A stretch of DNA of 64,000 bases from Geosiphon pyriformis uo1 (Eukaryota > Fungi > Glomeromycota), in NCBI GenBank assembly GCA_016748015.1, contig JAAOMT010000175.1:408212-472211 (forward strand), in the 5' to 3' direction. Made by a program: the position numbers and the translations under genes. Shown piece after piece: positions 1 through 14,552 of this stretch. How positions within the stretch are numbered: position 1 is the stretch's first letter; each line of letters starts with the position of its first letter. The notes beneath the pieces were generated by a model. That model worked only from the letters and a program-made list of their open reading frames with translations, searched no databases and was not told where the DNA came from.

Positions 1-2470
1 TATTATAATATATAAACCAGAAATAGTTAAAAGAAATTTATATATTTCTATTTTCGTAAGTATACGAAAAATAAATTTACTCAGCCATGATTAAATTTAT
101 TTTCTTTTTCTAAATAAAAATTTTTTTTTTTTTTTGGTAGGTAGGTAGGTAGCAATATGACAATGGGAAATATGATTGGGACTTGATCAGTCGAAGGAAT
201 AATTGGATTGTTTTTGACGTTATATTACAATTGTATTTTTAAAAAGGTAGTATCTTGTGGTATATATTGAATGACTACAATAGGAATTTCGGTTCAATAG
301 ATAAAATGTCAGTAATAGGTATTTTTAAAAGGGCAATTTAAAAATAGTTAGTTTTAAGCTGGCGTTAACTAAACTTGGTAAATATTATTAATATTCAATA
401 AAAACCACATTTGTGCCAAGAGTATCTATCGAGAAACTTACTCGAGCTTTGCCAATTCAAAGTAATAGATAGAATAATATTTAAAATAAGAAAAACATAT
501 TGTAAAGAAAATAAATTTCAAGAAAATTCCTAACTCCAATATTTTGACTTCAGATAAAATCTCTTTATGTTAGACAAATGAAATATTGTTCAATATTTAA
601 TAATAAAAATGGTAAAAAACGAAAAGGTCATTATCGTCCTGTTAAGGCAAAAACTAATAATATCGTTAGTGCAATTTTGAATAATTTTGATTGATACAGG
701 CTATTTCCTTTGCTCGTTCTCAGTGGAAAATTAATGCCAAGCTCGAATTTACTATGTCATGAGGTGTTCATGTTTTTAATAACATTCGATGTCAGGATAA
801 GTGCTTGAAGAATGTAAAGCACAAATGAAAATCATATTAAAGAGAACTAAATATTTTATACTTATTCGCTTCCTATGCTCTTATGTATTTGAAAAATGGA
901 GATATGTACTTCCAAGGATTCGATCTTGGGTGGGTTTATAAAATCTGAAGAATTTGACTCTAAAACTGTCGTTACTTTATTCCATTGCGTAACAGGTTAT
1001 TTAGCTCTCTTTGCTCGAGGATTGAATTCTGTAGTCTCACATGAACGTGACTTGACGGCTTTCTGTTGAGTAATATTTTGAGTGTCATTCATCTTGACAT
1101 ACAAGTATGCTATTGGCTCTAATGAATTTGCAACGTCAACCCTTTGATTGCCAATGTGAAATTTGAAAAAAGCATTATCAGCCTGATAAGTATAAATTAA
1201 AATCTTGTCTGCTTCATTGTAAACCACCTTTATCAGAGAGACGCGTTAAAAAACATGATTTATTATAAAGTACAAAATAAATGATGAATGGGAATGTTTA
1301 TTTTCGGGACTTTAGAATAGTTGTATAATGCCTAATTGGAAAGAGTGACATATGATGCTTGTTACAAGATGTCGCCTTAGTTTGAATTAAAAGTATATTC
1401 CAGACAATCTCTATCCGTTTAAGCAGAGGAAATTGATACTTTACAAAATCCAAGGATCCGAATTTTTTTTATTTATAAACTTGTATTCCTAACTACTAAC
1501 TAATTTTAACTTTATATAAAAATTCCTTCAAACCACAGTTTTTAAAGCTGTATCTTATAAAAGATATCTTAAAAAAAATATCCACATTCCTCTTAGTGTC
1601 ATCTTTGTTAGCCTCCTCATCCTAAAAGTCTAAGATTTACGGTAACCAGGTATTTTTTCTAGTTTTTTCTGATTAATGTTTCATCCTTACTCTATCATGA
1701 TTGAAAAACTATCATTGACTCAAAGAGTAAGTAATTAAATAACCCTTATAACCTCTAATTTTTTTCATTTTTATTTTTTTTTTCACCTACTTTTAATCTT
1801 CTCTTATAGTTTAATTATCTCATATTTTTGAGTTTCAGAAACTATTTCAATGCAATAATTTTCTTTCTTTAAAATCACATAAATCAAATGATATTTTTCA
1901 AATACAAGTTAATTTATTTTATTATAGATTAATAAAATAATTGGTTGATTAGAATTATTTAATTCTATAAAATAAAAATTTATATTTATCTAATTATTAT
2001 TATTATTATTATTATTATTATCATTACTAAATTTTTATCTTGACTCTAAATATTTTAGATACAAAAATTAATTTTCTAAAATAAAAATTATATATATATA
2101 TATATATATTAAAAATTGAACATTGAAAACATTTATGTTTAAATTTTATAAAAAATATTTGACTCCATAAAAAATTTTCAGACTTCATTTTTACCATTAA
2201 AATTGGAAAAAATTAAACTTTATAGATTCGGATACTTGAAATTTTGTAAGAATATTTTATTAATTATATATCTGCAAGCCTTTAATCCTCTCTTACGATA
2301 TATTAAAATAATAAAAAATTTGTTCATGATATCAATCAATTTATCAAATTTGGTTAAACAACCAAAGTTTCAATTTTCATCTTTTGCACCGCTTTCTACC
2401 TTCAACAGTTGGAGCTGTTCAACCAAAGATCAATTTATTTATTATCTTTAACTTAATTTCTTAACTTATA

Positions 2471-3881
2471 ATGTCATCAGCAAACTTTTCGAAAAGAGAT
2501 ACCATCGCTACTGTTCAAACACGTGGCACCAAAAATCCATTAAAAACTAAGGATACAACAGGCAAGAATGAAACAAAAAAAATCAAGAAATCTATAACAG
2601 CCCAAGAAGTCCCGGTAAAACCTCAGCTTGATATTGATGACGAGGAAAAATTTACTTCTGTTGCTATATCGCGTCCAAGAAAATGTGAGATTGGTAAAAA
2701 CTTTTTTCAGTCCTTTCAAGTATTGAATTTCTTCTAATAAATCTTTCAGCCCTTCCTAAAAAGCCAGAAAAAAAATGCGCGCTAGAAATGAACGCTATTA
2801 CCACTACATATCCAAGAAATGATGATTTAGATGCCCTTTTTGAACAAGTTCATAAAGTATCGAATGAAAACGCTGTCATAACTAGCAGCAAAATAGTCAA
2901 GGGTGCCATAACTTCCAAGGAAAGCAGCAAAACAGATCAAAGCAAGAGAAGACCATTAGCAGAAAAGTCCAATAAACAAAATGAGCATCTTGAGAATTCG
3001 TCATTGAAATCCAAGGAGAAACAGGAAGTTATTAAATCCTCTGTAAAAATTCCCGTAAAAGATGCAAAATTTGCGGTTGGAGATAAAGCAAAAAAGAAAA
3101 CTGGAAAAGTTTCCACCACTTCCAAACCTTCTTCACTGCTAACTAAAATCGACCAGAAATTGAAGGAGGTATATATCAGAACTACTGAAAACAGATTTGA
3201 TTAATATGCTTTCGATTTTAAATCATGTATTATTATCATATCTAGCACCCTCGCGTCCAATTTAAGGTACCATCTTCTTTACAGAAGAAACCTCATAAAA
3301 ACTTGGATTTTACCCTGAATGTCCAATCGGAAGATTTGGAGATTGTTGAGGACCTTAACTGGCATGATGTGAGAGCTTCGACTCCAGAGGAGGGTTATAT
3401 GATTGATGACGAAGCAATCTCATCCTTGCCGAATGTGATTAAAGAAAAGTCCGAGAGAATGAATGAAGAAATATTTGAGAAAAAATATTTTTCTGATGCT
3501 GAATCTTTCTCTATAAACAAAAGGAATATCCACCGACCTTTGAAAAATTCCAAACATGACTACTCGAAAACACAAACCAAGACCAAAAACGCCAGCAGCA
3601 AGGGATCATCCACTGAAAATAAAGAAAAAGGAGGGCATAAAAGGGAAGAAGTTGGCAAAAATGCGTCAAACTCAAAAAATGTTAATGATAAAGTGAGCCA
3701 AAACGATTTGAATGATCAAGATTCATCTGATGACCCATTGACAAGATTTGAACCATCTGAATCTCCTGTCCTCAAAGCCAAAATTTGGATGAAGATTGAA
3801 GATACTCAATTGCCGATTACAAATAGCGACGATGAATTACGTGAGACTTATGATTGGAGTCATAATAAAACTCAAGCTTAG
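2471..3881 (+). CDS. Hypothetical Lys/Ser/Glu-rich, probably disordered protein (~425 aa, 3 exons: 2471-2693, 2750-3168, 3246-3881)
   Basis: Three consecutive + ORFs join in frame across two GT-AG introns (2694-2749, 3169-3245). No recognisable domain. Confidence 0.7.
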
Positions 3882-4574
3882 GAGTTGTAGCATGGATAAT
3901 ATCATTATGTGATCTATTCACAATGTACAATGTTATCGAAAAGATTTCTCTACTATTTATTTAAATTTTCAAATTAATGAAAATTAAGAGTATCGGAGAT
4001 TTAGCTGGTATATGCAGTGTAAAATTGCGATTACAACGTGAACCGGAAATGAAACAGAGCTTAATTAAAACTGTCTTATAAAGGTGGCTTTAAAAATGTA
4101 CAAGGAAACTAAGAAAAATTTCCCCCAAGTTTCACTTTATTTTTGAACCAAAAAAGTATTTCAAGTGATATCAAACAATGCCAAATCAGATATACTATAT
4201 GGTGAGCTACAGCACGCGCTTGTCGCTCGGCCTCTTCTTTGCTTATTGTGTATAGACACATCACCGAACATGCAACACATTTTAATTATTTGTTCGCGTG
4301 GCAATATTAAGGTTTCATTGAAAATGAGAATCCTGGTAATAATAAAAGACCAATTTTACCAGAATATGGATCGATACTCATTTTTCGTTCGAGAATTTTT
4401 GTTTACCATTATACTTTCATTTTTTTCTACATTGCCCATTCACCTTCACCTTCACCTTCCCCTTCACCAATTCCTAATCCTCATCTCAATCTTTGACCCT
4501 TACTTGGTTGACAAAATAGAAAAACCTATCCTTCCAGTTAAACCGTCAATTGTAAAAACCTTTATCATTAATAA

Positions 4575-6116
4575 ATGAATCCATTAAACTTCTTCAGTTT
4601 CTCACCTCGTCAACTGTTTACAATCGGTCTGATCGTAATTGTGGGCTCTCGTCAATTATTAACTGATCATGCAGTAAATGCATCACCGTTCTTTTCTTCG
4701 GAAAGCTTAAAAGGGCTGGAAAAGTTGAGGAGCCCATCTTTAGCATCCTCAATACCTGTTTCTTCCAAGGATGAAACACAATTTAAATTGTGGGTTAAAT
4801 ATGCGAGGTAGGTTTTGGACGAAGAAATTTTGCACAGAAAGATGGGATCAAGTTTTCGTTTGTTTGTTTTGCATAGTTTTTTAATGTATACCTTTTATCT
4901 TCGTTCTTTATTCTAAAAATTCGAATTTAAAATAGCGCTGTATATTGTAACGTTGAATCATGGAAATGTGGATCTGCTTGTCGGGGCGAAACAGCAAATA
5001 CTACATTGCTTAAATCCTTTGAAGAAACTGTAAACAAAGCATATGGTACTTGAAATTTTGCTAATCTCAAATTTTAATGTTATTCGGAACTCAAAATTCA
5101 CACGTTTTTGTTTCATAGTTGCTTTGAATGATCGAGAGAAGGCTATTGTTGTTGCTTTTCGAGGTGAGCATTTTGAACTTAATGAGTTTTATATTTACAC
5201 AATTTTAAAATTAAACTTATTTTATCGTTTTTCTTATGTTTAGGTACTGCAAACGTTGAAGGATTCGTGAGAGATACAAAATTTCTATTCACCGACTTTC
5301 CAGGAGTTTCTGGGGCCAAAGTTCATTCCGGGTAAGTCTTTTTTTTCTGAACTCACAACTTTTTACGCAAAATTATTTTAACCCTTTGAAATTCTGAAAC
5401 ATTTTTTTAAAAGATTTCTAAATACTTTTGTGGGAACACGAGAGAAAATAACAAATTTTATTAAAGAAACTGTTCCCAAATATCCGGGTTATAAAGTTGT
5501 CTTGACGGGTCATAGTCTTGGTGGATGTAAGAAGCTATCTTTATAAATTAATATTTGTGAAATTTGATATATTAATATTAGTCAATTTAACTTCTTTTCA
5601 ATCTACTTTTACGCGTGATAGCCATGGCCGTATTTCAATTACTTGATTTAATTGGAACCCCAGGTTTAACACCAAAAAACCTCTTTACATATACTTATGG
5701 TGAACCACGTATGGGTAACGATGTATTTGCGAAATATGTCGATAAACAAGGTTACAAAATTTTTCGTATCGTGAACAAGAACGATATCGTTCCACATGTT
5801 CCCCCCAAAGAGTTCCAGTACTTTCATCATTCACCTGAAATTTGGGTATCACCGTATGTACAATAACGTTTTTTTTGTTTTTTGTCTTTTTTTTCTAATT
5901 GAGACTTTTAACCAAAAATTTTCTTTTCTTTTATTTTCCCTCATAAAAAATTTGAAAAAAAGAAATAACACATTAGTAGAATGTAAATCAGCTGAAGCTT
6001 CCAATTGTAGCAACTCAATAATCCCGCTTGTAAATATTTTCCCACATTTCAATTATTTCGATACTCCATTTCTGCTTACTTGTTTTATCAAGAAACGTCG
6101 CTCGATGCGAACATGA
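4575..6116 (+). CDS. Secreted-type class 3 triacylglycerol lipase (Rhizomucor/Rhizopus lipase-like), 7 exons
   Basis: IVVAFRG|T, KVHSG|FL, nucleophile motif LTGHSLGG (~5501-5526), YTYGEPRMGN, RIVNKNDIVPHVPP, HHSPEIW, C-terminal CSNS...HFNYF; hydrophobic N-terminus. Confidence 0.92.
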
Positions 6117-6554
6117 TAAAATTCAAGAACAGTGTGTCACAGGGATTTATAGAGGGTTTTTATTGAAGAGCGATTTCAATGTTAAAAAGATTGAAAATCC
6201 ACAAAAAATTACAATACATTGTACTATAATTTAGAATAATCTTAATAAATGAATTTAATTGAGCAAGTCATTTTCTGAGTCCAGAGTTTAATGCATAATA
6301 ATTGATGTGGACAATGTTGCCTACGTAAAACATTTTTAATTAAGCAAATATAATAATTGATTTTCAACATTGAAAACTTTTTAAATACTAAATATTCTAC
6401 TAATGTAACAAAACGGCAAGATCATCGTGATCTAAAGATACTACAAGAGAAAAATCTAAAATGAAAAATCTACGCCATAACTGATAAATATGTTTTCTTC
6501 CGGGTAAAAGAAATTTTACGATAAAATGCTCAGGGCTATGTCGCCCTCAGGTTC

Positions 6555-7929
6555 TTAGTTAGGAATTTGATCCTCATTCTTGATTTTGTTAAAGCTACCG
6601 TTAAATCCTCTGATATTACTATTAGGATTGTTGTTGTTGTTAGTATAGTTGCTATTTTGATAATCCCGGTTACGACCATGATATGCACCACCAGCACCAG
6701 CACCAGCACCACCACCACCACCACCACCAGCACCACCACCCCCATTTGAGCATCTGTTTGCGAAATGGCCCTTTTGACCACACTAAAAATATAAAAAGCA
6801 TAAAATGACTTCTTTGAGAATAAAGTTCATCTCAATCATGTGTAACAGACTCAATCCTTACTTTGTAACATGTCACTTCGGAAAGTGGACGATATCCGCT
6901 GAGATAGGTAGAGCTAGTGGTTCGTTGATTCTGGAAACAAAGTTTGAAAGCAAAGGGATGAAGATCATCGCAGCAAAAATTCCTATTTACTATATCGAAT
7001 AATATGAGTTAACTTCAACTCACCGAATCGTCGTTTTCATAATTTCTTGAAAATTCTTCTTCAGCTCCTCCATCATAATCACGTTGCACACTGGGTAACT
7101 CATATTTGGGACTAAGTTTTCAAGGAATTACAAGATTAAAATAAAATTCCTCACATAGAAAAATACCAAAAATAAAACAATCATTTGAAAAATCTTACTG
7201 TCCATTAACACAATTCAGTCCTTTTGGGCAAAAACCTGTCAAGTACAATTGACACACAACCTTGCGTACGTGTTTGTGCCGACAATCAGGGCCTAAACAT
7301 TCAAATATGGTGAAATTTAACTTTCTAAATTTAAATTTCTCAATTTACACTTTCAAAAACTTACCATGCTTACAAAACCCTCGAGCATACCAAGCACATT
7401 CTTTGATTTTACTCTCGGGATCAATATGCAAATACATACAATCCTCATTGCTACACTCGCCATATCTCGAATAGAACCAACACTCAGGCATCTTGCGCAT
7501 ATTAAACTCATGAAGAAACTCGCACTGGTCTCCTTTCTTACAGAGCCCTCGGAGCCAGTGTTTACACACTACAGCTTTTTCACGAGAATTTGTTGGGTGT
7601 TTGTACTCGCATTTCGATCCTTTTTGGCAGTTTCCTCTCAAATAAGTTTGGCATATTTGATCTTCTCCTGCAACAGCAAGGAGAAAACAAACTAGTTGAA
7701 CGCTGGTATCGCTATTTCTGTTAGGGTCAGTTAATAAAAGAGCGGTCTTGGGAAAGAGACAGCTTTGGGATATTTTCTCGCCATAGTTGTGTATGGCAGT
7801 GTCACTGACACTACTCGTTCACTTACCAGTACCATTAAGACCAAGGCCTAGTTCTCTTCGCACAAACTCTTCAAAGTCAAACGAAAATGCCTTATAGTCA
7901 GGTCTGAATAAAAAATCGGTACCAGGCAT
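6555..7929 (-). CDS. YTH1: mRNA 3'-end processing factor Yth1/CPSF30 (five CCCH fingers plus C-terminal CCHC knuckle)
   Basis: VCKHWLRGLCKKGDQCEFLHEFNMRKMPECWFYSRYGECSNEDCMYLHIDPESKIKECAWYARGFCKHG; ATG at 7929 (MPGTDFLF..FSFDFEEF); last exon CGQKGHFANRC ends at TAA 6555-6557. Confidence 0.93.
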
Positions 7930-8249
7930 ATTTAAAACCACCAAAATCACTTAGAGTCACACGACTGTAACGACAAGAACTGTGCTTGTTTTAATAAAAG
8001 CTTATATAGAAGCATAAAAAGAACAATTATAACAGTCCAAACAAATAATAAATACTGTATTTCGAGTTTTATCGTCAAAGTCGAGAAAGCATTTTGAATT
8101 CTAGTATTAAATAGTCGAAATTAACTCTTATAGAGATACTTACCTTCATTAAATCACGCGACTTAATCAAGTCAACTATTCTATGATTAGATTAAATCAT
8201 TAAAGGTAATTGCCATTGATCGTTGAACTTCTAACATAAATATATTCTG

Positions 8250-8259
8250 ATTGGCCAAT
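8250..8259. promoter_or_regulatory. Palindromic double CCAAT box (ATTGGCCAAT) in the YTH1/SSZ1 divergent intergenic region
   Basis: Perfect 10-bp palindrome giving a CCAAT on each strand within a ~400-bp head-to-head spacer. Confidence 0.5.
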
Positions 8260-8332
8260 TAATTAGTGGTTCATCTGCAAAGACAAAACTTTCTTTTGTT
8301 GGGGACAACCTTTCTACAAAGTATTAGAAGCG

Positions 8333-10398
8333 ATGACTGAATCAGACCTTAATGCAGTTAATAAACCTCAAAATGTTGTAATTGGTCTACGTATTGGACA
8401 AAGTTATTCAAGCATCGCCATCATAAACAAAGTATATTTCCATGCTTTTTTTGAATTAAGATGGCAAAGAAATTTGGTATTGAGATCGTAATGAATAATT
8501 TACTGTATTAAAAATTGCAATTTCAAACTTAAAATCTAGGATGGTCGTGCGGATTGTATTGCCAATGAAGACGGCGAACGTCAAATACCTACTGTAGTTG
8601 CTTTTTCAAGAGACGAAGAGGTAAAAATTATTCTTGATTCAGATATACAAATCAAACGTAAAGGAATTGCATAAACCTAAGTCAAAATCTATATAATGAT
8701 TACTTGAACTTAAAGTTCACTGGTACCCAAGCCAAGGCTCAATTGCTACGCAACTCAAAAAATACCATAACTCAATTCCGAAATTTAATTGGAAAAAGGT
8801 ATGGTAGTGATCATTAAAAAATATTACAATTTTCGATCGCTGATTTATATTTTATATATTAATAAATCTTTTCATAAAGTTATGAAGATGCAAACGATCT
8901 TGTCTCGATAAGCACTGCGTCTTTAGCAAACAAAGACGACCAGATAGCATATATTGTTGAATACCAAGAGGAAACAACTTTTACAGCTGCAGAAATTATG
9001 ACTAAATACATTTCGCGTCTTGGTGAAAGTGCTATAAACTTTCTTGGACAACCCCTTACAGGAGTTGTACTGGCCATCCCAACTTATTTTAACCAAGCAC
9101 AATGTGATGCATTAAAAAAAGCAACTGAAGACGCAGGTTTAAAGGTTTTACAATTGATCCATGAACCAGTTGCTGCAGCGTTAGCATATCAATTGGGTCA
9201 GCCACGAAATATGCTGGACAGTACGAAGACCGCTCGATCAAAAAATCAAGACCTAACTACCCTTATCATTGATCTCGGTTCTGAATCCCTCGATGTCACC
9301 ATCCTTTCGGTACGATCAGGAATATTTACTATTTTTGGAACCACTCATGATTCGACAGTAGGAGGGGTAGCTTTTGATGAACTACTAGTAACACACTTCG
9401 CCAACGAGTTCAAAAGAAAAACAAAAATCGACATTTCAGATAATAAACGAGCTCTAGCAAAATTACGCACAGCCGCAGAAGTTACAAAGAAAACCCTGTC
9501 AAATAGTTTGACAGCACCGTGTTCTGTTGAATCATTGTCGGATGGCCTAGATTTTCATGGTACCATAAATCGGACTAGGTTTGAAATGATGGCGAGTAAG
9601 TTATTCGACAGATGTTTGGATGTTGTTTGGGAGACCTTACAAAAGAACTCATTAGAGCCTCAGTTGATTGATGAGGTACGCTCAAATAAGACTAAATTTT
9701 AGATAGAACGTTTTCCTTTTTTTTCGACAAAACTTCTATTGACTAATGCTTATCAACATATTTAGGTAATCTTGGTAGGAGGAGCTTCACGTATCCCGAA
9801 ACTTCAAACCAAACTTCGAGAAATTTTTCAAAACCCTCTCACCCATTTTCGTTTAGAGCTCGAACCTGATGAGATAGTTGCCTATGGATGTGCATTTCAA
9901 GCTGCCCTCATCGCAACCCTTGAAAAGGGTAATCAAATCGACGAGGCTATTGATTCGGAAATTACTAACGTCCCACACCTCACTAAACCTATAGGTGTTG
10001 TGAACACATTAGAACAATTTATTACGCTTATCCCAGAAAATACTCCTTTACCCGTCAGACGCGTGGCCCATCTCTCAAATGGCCAGGAACAACAAGAAGT
10101 TTATCTTGCAGTATGGGAAGGCTTGGCAGAGACCCCAACAATTATTGAAAGAAATCCCGAATTAAAGGGTGAAGATATTGATGAACGCTTACCCCCTTCA
10201 CACCCACCACGACCCAAAATAGTGGCAGATAAATTATTGGCCGAACTGGTTCTAACCGAGTTACCAATTGCAAAACCCGGGGTTTTAGAAATAGAGCTTG
10301 TCTTGGAAATAGATGCCAATAAAAAGTTTACAATAATCGTGACAGAAAAGAAATCGAATAAATTTGTGGAAGTGGAAATTCCACCTGCCGAAAATTAA
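8333..10398 (+). CDS. SSZ1: Atypical Hsp70, ribosome-associated complex subunit Ssz1/HSPA14
   Basis: IGLRIGQSYSSIA, DCIANEDGERQIP, AGLKVLQLIHEPVAAALAY, CSVESLSDGLDFHGTINRTRFE, LVGGASRIPK; short C-terminus with no lid or EEVD. Confidence 0.88.
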
Positions 10399-10593
10399 TA
10401 GAATAGAAATATTACCACAACATAAAACGGAATCATTTTAGAAAGCACACGATTTCCTTATATATTGGCGTAAATTAATTCACTGGGATAGAATCACCAC
10501 TCTAGTATAAATTGATAGATTGTCGAATCGTCAACCAGCAAAAAATTTGCAGACACATCACAGGTGAACTGATGAATTAAACAACTGTTCTTT

Positions 10594-13500
10594 TCATTCA
10601 GAATCTGAAATTTCAATCACTATTTCAGCATCAGCATCTTGTATCTGAACGGTTGCCAAATTTGCATGGACTTTCTGCGATTCTGCCAAAAGATATTTGA
10701 GAGTATATGTGTTGTCATCACACCTAGAGTAAAATGCGATGAAAAAAGTTGAATTTAAAGAATCCTTAGATTTCAAAATAGCTAAAAATTATTTTCACTT
10801 ACAATTTCCCTAGATCCTCCTTGGAATGCAGAATTGCTTTCTGCAACACCCTCAAAACACTGGCGAACTCACCACTACGATGTTTTAACCAATGCCCATG
10901 AGTCATAAACACACGTTTAATCCACAATAAGTGAAACTCTATATGGGGACTTTGCTCCATTTGTGCGCCAATAAATCTAAGTACACGATCAATATAGCGT
11001 TCTGGCAAATCTTTTACCACCAACTCAATATCCTGTGGTGGTATCCCCTCATATACTTCGTGTATGATATAAGTTTCATTCAATCGAAATGCCATCACTA
11101 AAGCCTTCAAATACTCTTGGGCGCGTAGCGTTTCCAAAACTGTCACCGGAGTGATATCAATTTCCAATTCGAATGGGTCAAATAATAAGCTCTCGTCTAA
11201 AGAATATAGAAGTAATCCTTCCGTTGAAGCAACAGCCCATGATCTTCCAGTAGGCGAGAATTTTACCGATTTTGTCCGGATTTCGGGTTTTGTTTTGCGT
11301 ACCGATAAATCGCCCCTTTGTGTGCCAGGTAAACTGGTGTCAATCCGATCCTCAAGGTCGCTCAAATTTCCTGTATCATCAATTAAGCCAATTGGACCTG
11401 CCTCTGTCATTCTTTTGCTATTTAAGAATTCGCGAATGCCGTCCAACGAGAGATTTTGGGATATTTGAAATTTTTTCAAAAGCATCGAGCTTTTGACATC
11501 ATAAATACAAACAAATTTACTATTACCGCCAACGATTACACATGATCCATCAGCAGTATAGCATATACTATTAAAAGATTTTCCAGATGAGGAGTTAGCC
11601 GCCGTTCGACGATCGGTCTCTTTTCTCCCCCCTGAAATATCTTGACGGCCTTCAATCTCATGAGTTTGGATACCACGTTCAACATCCCAAAAAGAAATCT
11701 GGCCGTCTAATATTGATACTGCTAATTCTTTTCCATCTGGACGGAATGCGATTGCTAATACATCATGGTTATGTCGAAAAATCTCGACATGACTCCCACG
11801 ACCAAACACATCCCAAGTCCGAGCTGTAGAATCCCATGAGCCCGATGCCAAAACCATTCCGGAAGGACTAAATGCTAGACTAGCAATTGACCCTTCATGG
11901 CCGGCTAAAATGTCCAATAATTTACCAGTCTGCACCGACCATACAAATATTTCGAATGTGTCCATCGATCCAGCACATACGATTTCACCACTGGGATCCA
12001 CGGCTAATGCGGTAAATTGGACTGGGGTGGGTGAGGTAAATGTACGAAAATTTCGGTATCGAATTAAATCGAATGCACGAACTGTTCCATCCAAAGATGC
12101 AGAGAACAAAACTTGTCCATGCTTTGCAAATTCTACCACCGTGACACCTGAGCTATGCTCAGAAAATGTTATAAAACAAAATCCAGTGACAGTATTCCAT
12201 ACTTTTACTTTTCCATCATCACCACCAGTTGCAATATGTTGCCCATTGGCAGAATAGGCTATTGTGTTCATGTCATAATAATGTCCTTGTTGTTTGAGAA
12301 CATAGGATTCTGATTGCCATTCCCATACTAAAAGTTGCCCAAGCTTGGAAGATCCAAATGCGAGCCATTCCCCTGTAGAATTAATGGCCACAGAATTTAT
12401 CTTTTTTTGAGAAATACTAAAAACCAATGAAGGGATTACTTTAATGAAATAGAGTATAATAAAAAATTAATGGATTAATGGATTACCTCAGAGTATGATA
12501 GTTATTAAATTCTGGCATCTCCCATATGCCAAAGATTCCTGATGAAAATCCAACCACTAATAGTTTTGAATTCACATGATAAGCGGAACAAACCACTTTT
12601 GCTCCAGCTTGATTAAAATAATGTTTTTGAGTTAGGATCCATCGTTTCATGGTTTCTTTTTTTGTTCCAACTTCCCCATTATCAATATCCATATCTTTAT
12701 CTTGATGTTTATCGCTTACTTTGAATTCTCGAACAAATAGTGATCCATCTTTACCAACTGTATAAATCTATGTCCGTTATGAATTAATATTAATATTGTA
12801 GAAATCTATACGAAAAGTGAGCTTAAGAAACTTACATATTTTCCGTTCTTTGAAAAATAACCCCCAACAACAGTATCACGATGACCGCTTAATGTAATTG
12901 GTACAAATCCTTCCATAGGATTTAACGAATAAATTTTGGCTGTCATGTCTTTTGATGTTGTTAAGAAATAACTTTTCCAGAAAAAGTTGAAAATTAGATC
13001 AGAAAAGTGAGATTTATAAAAAAAATTGTTGAATTACTTTGAATCGGGAGCCCATGTTATAGATATGACATCGTCATAATGACCGGTATATTTGCGATGC
13101 AAGACAAATGGTGCAAATTCACGATTAAAGCCTGGAGATCGCCATACCTGAATTTGTCGACCATGCGTCACCGCAAAAAATCTATTCGCGGAAATCAAAT
13201 TAAGTGACAATAAAAAATAGGGGACCATCATAGATTTCTGAAGCTGAATTCCCTTCTAAGTTTCAAGGATACTTTCCATTTGGGCTAAATTGTAAATCAG
13301 TAACAGTAGATTTGAAATTGAATTCACTGAGCACGATTCTTCTTTGGAAATTTATCAAGAGACATTTTCCATCTAAATCAAAAGGAATTTCTTAATTAAA
13401 ATGAATAAAATGTTTCGAATTTGATAGTTATTGACCTCCGCTTACTCTCATCAACGGATATTAACAATGTGCCATTTGGGGAGAGGGCGATACGCGAGAT

Positions 13501-13912
13501 ATTCATTCGATTTTCAAATGGAAATGTGATGGTTTTGTTGCTGTGGAAGGATCAAAGTTAAAATAGAATAAATCAGAGGAACTTTAGAAAGGATTAATGA
13601 AAATATCCAAAAGATAAAATCGTTGAAAAAACTTTTCTGTGTATGACTTACTTTACAAGATCAAACATCGATATCCGATTACCAACTGGGCTCAATAGGG
13701 AGTTACCATCCGGAGTGAACAAGAGGTTTCCTTGTGTATAAACTGTTCCGCATAAATTTGAAAACTATTTTTCGAAACATTTTTTGAGTAAATCAACAAG
13801 CAAGGTCAACCAAAGGGAGAGAATTCTTTTACAAGAATTGTGGGAAAAAGCGTAAAGAACGAAATGATCAGTTTGTAGAACATGGTAGAAATACCTTGAA
13901 GCCCAGTTTCAT
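10594..13912 (-). CDS. PWP2: Periodic tryptophan protein 2 / Utp1 (SSU processome WD40 protein)
   Basis: MKLGFK|FSNLCGTVYTQGNLLFTPDGNSLLSPVGNR; GEWLAFGSSKLGQLLVWEWQSESYVLKQQGH; VRAFDLIRYRNFRTFT; FDPFELEIDITP. Confidence 0.97.
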
Positions 13913-14515
13913 TTTTTTTTGTTTTTGACCAAATCTTGATAATTTGAAAAGTAAATTGTCTTCAGTATTTTTAATACTTTAAACACGTTGAGCAACAAAC
14001 CACATTACCACGTTGAAAAGTCAGAAATGAGAAAATTGTATTTTAGAATTTTCCGTTAGAATATTTGATACCACAAAATTTTTGTTTTATTAAAGTAATA
14101 TTGAAACGAATAAATTAAATTAATTATTAAAACTTTTATTTTATATTTTATATTTTATATTTAAAACAGAAATTAAAAATATTAACTTTTGTTTATAATA
14201 AATTATGAGTCAAAATAGTTTAATTCAAATAGTTAATAATATTACAAAGCTATTTTCTTATGTATTGTTTTCATTTTTTTTTTCCAATGCTTTATTAAGT
14301 GTAGTCTCATCATTTTTTACACAAATATTTGGTCAATTATAAATTAAAAACAATTGAGAAAAAAATAACAAATATAACTAAAATAATATAAAAATAATTA
14401 TTATATTGTTTACCACTTATTATAATATAGATTTTTAAATAAAATTAACGTTTTTTTATTTTATTAAAAATAAATTTTGTTATTCATTAATTAAATATTT
14501 AAATTATCATTATTA

Positions 14516-14552
<37 letters not shown>

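Noticed and set aside
660-1227. 76-aa minus ORF with coding-like sequence continuing past its stop
   Set aside because: No ATG start, no recognisable motif, interrupted by stops. It may be a gene relic but cannot be supported.
4165-4578. 137-aa ORF upstream of the lipase
   Set aside because: GTG start, no motif, overlaps the likely lipase promoter/5' UTR.
6536-6781. Poly-Val and poly-Thr ORFs
   Set aside because: Wrong-frame and antisense readings of the Gly-rich last YTH1 exon.
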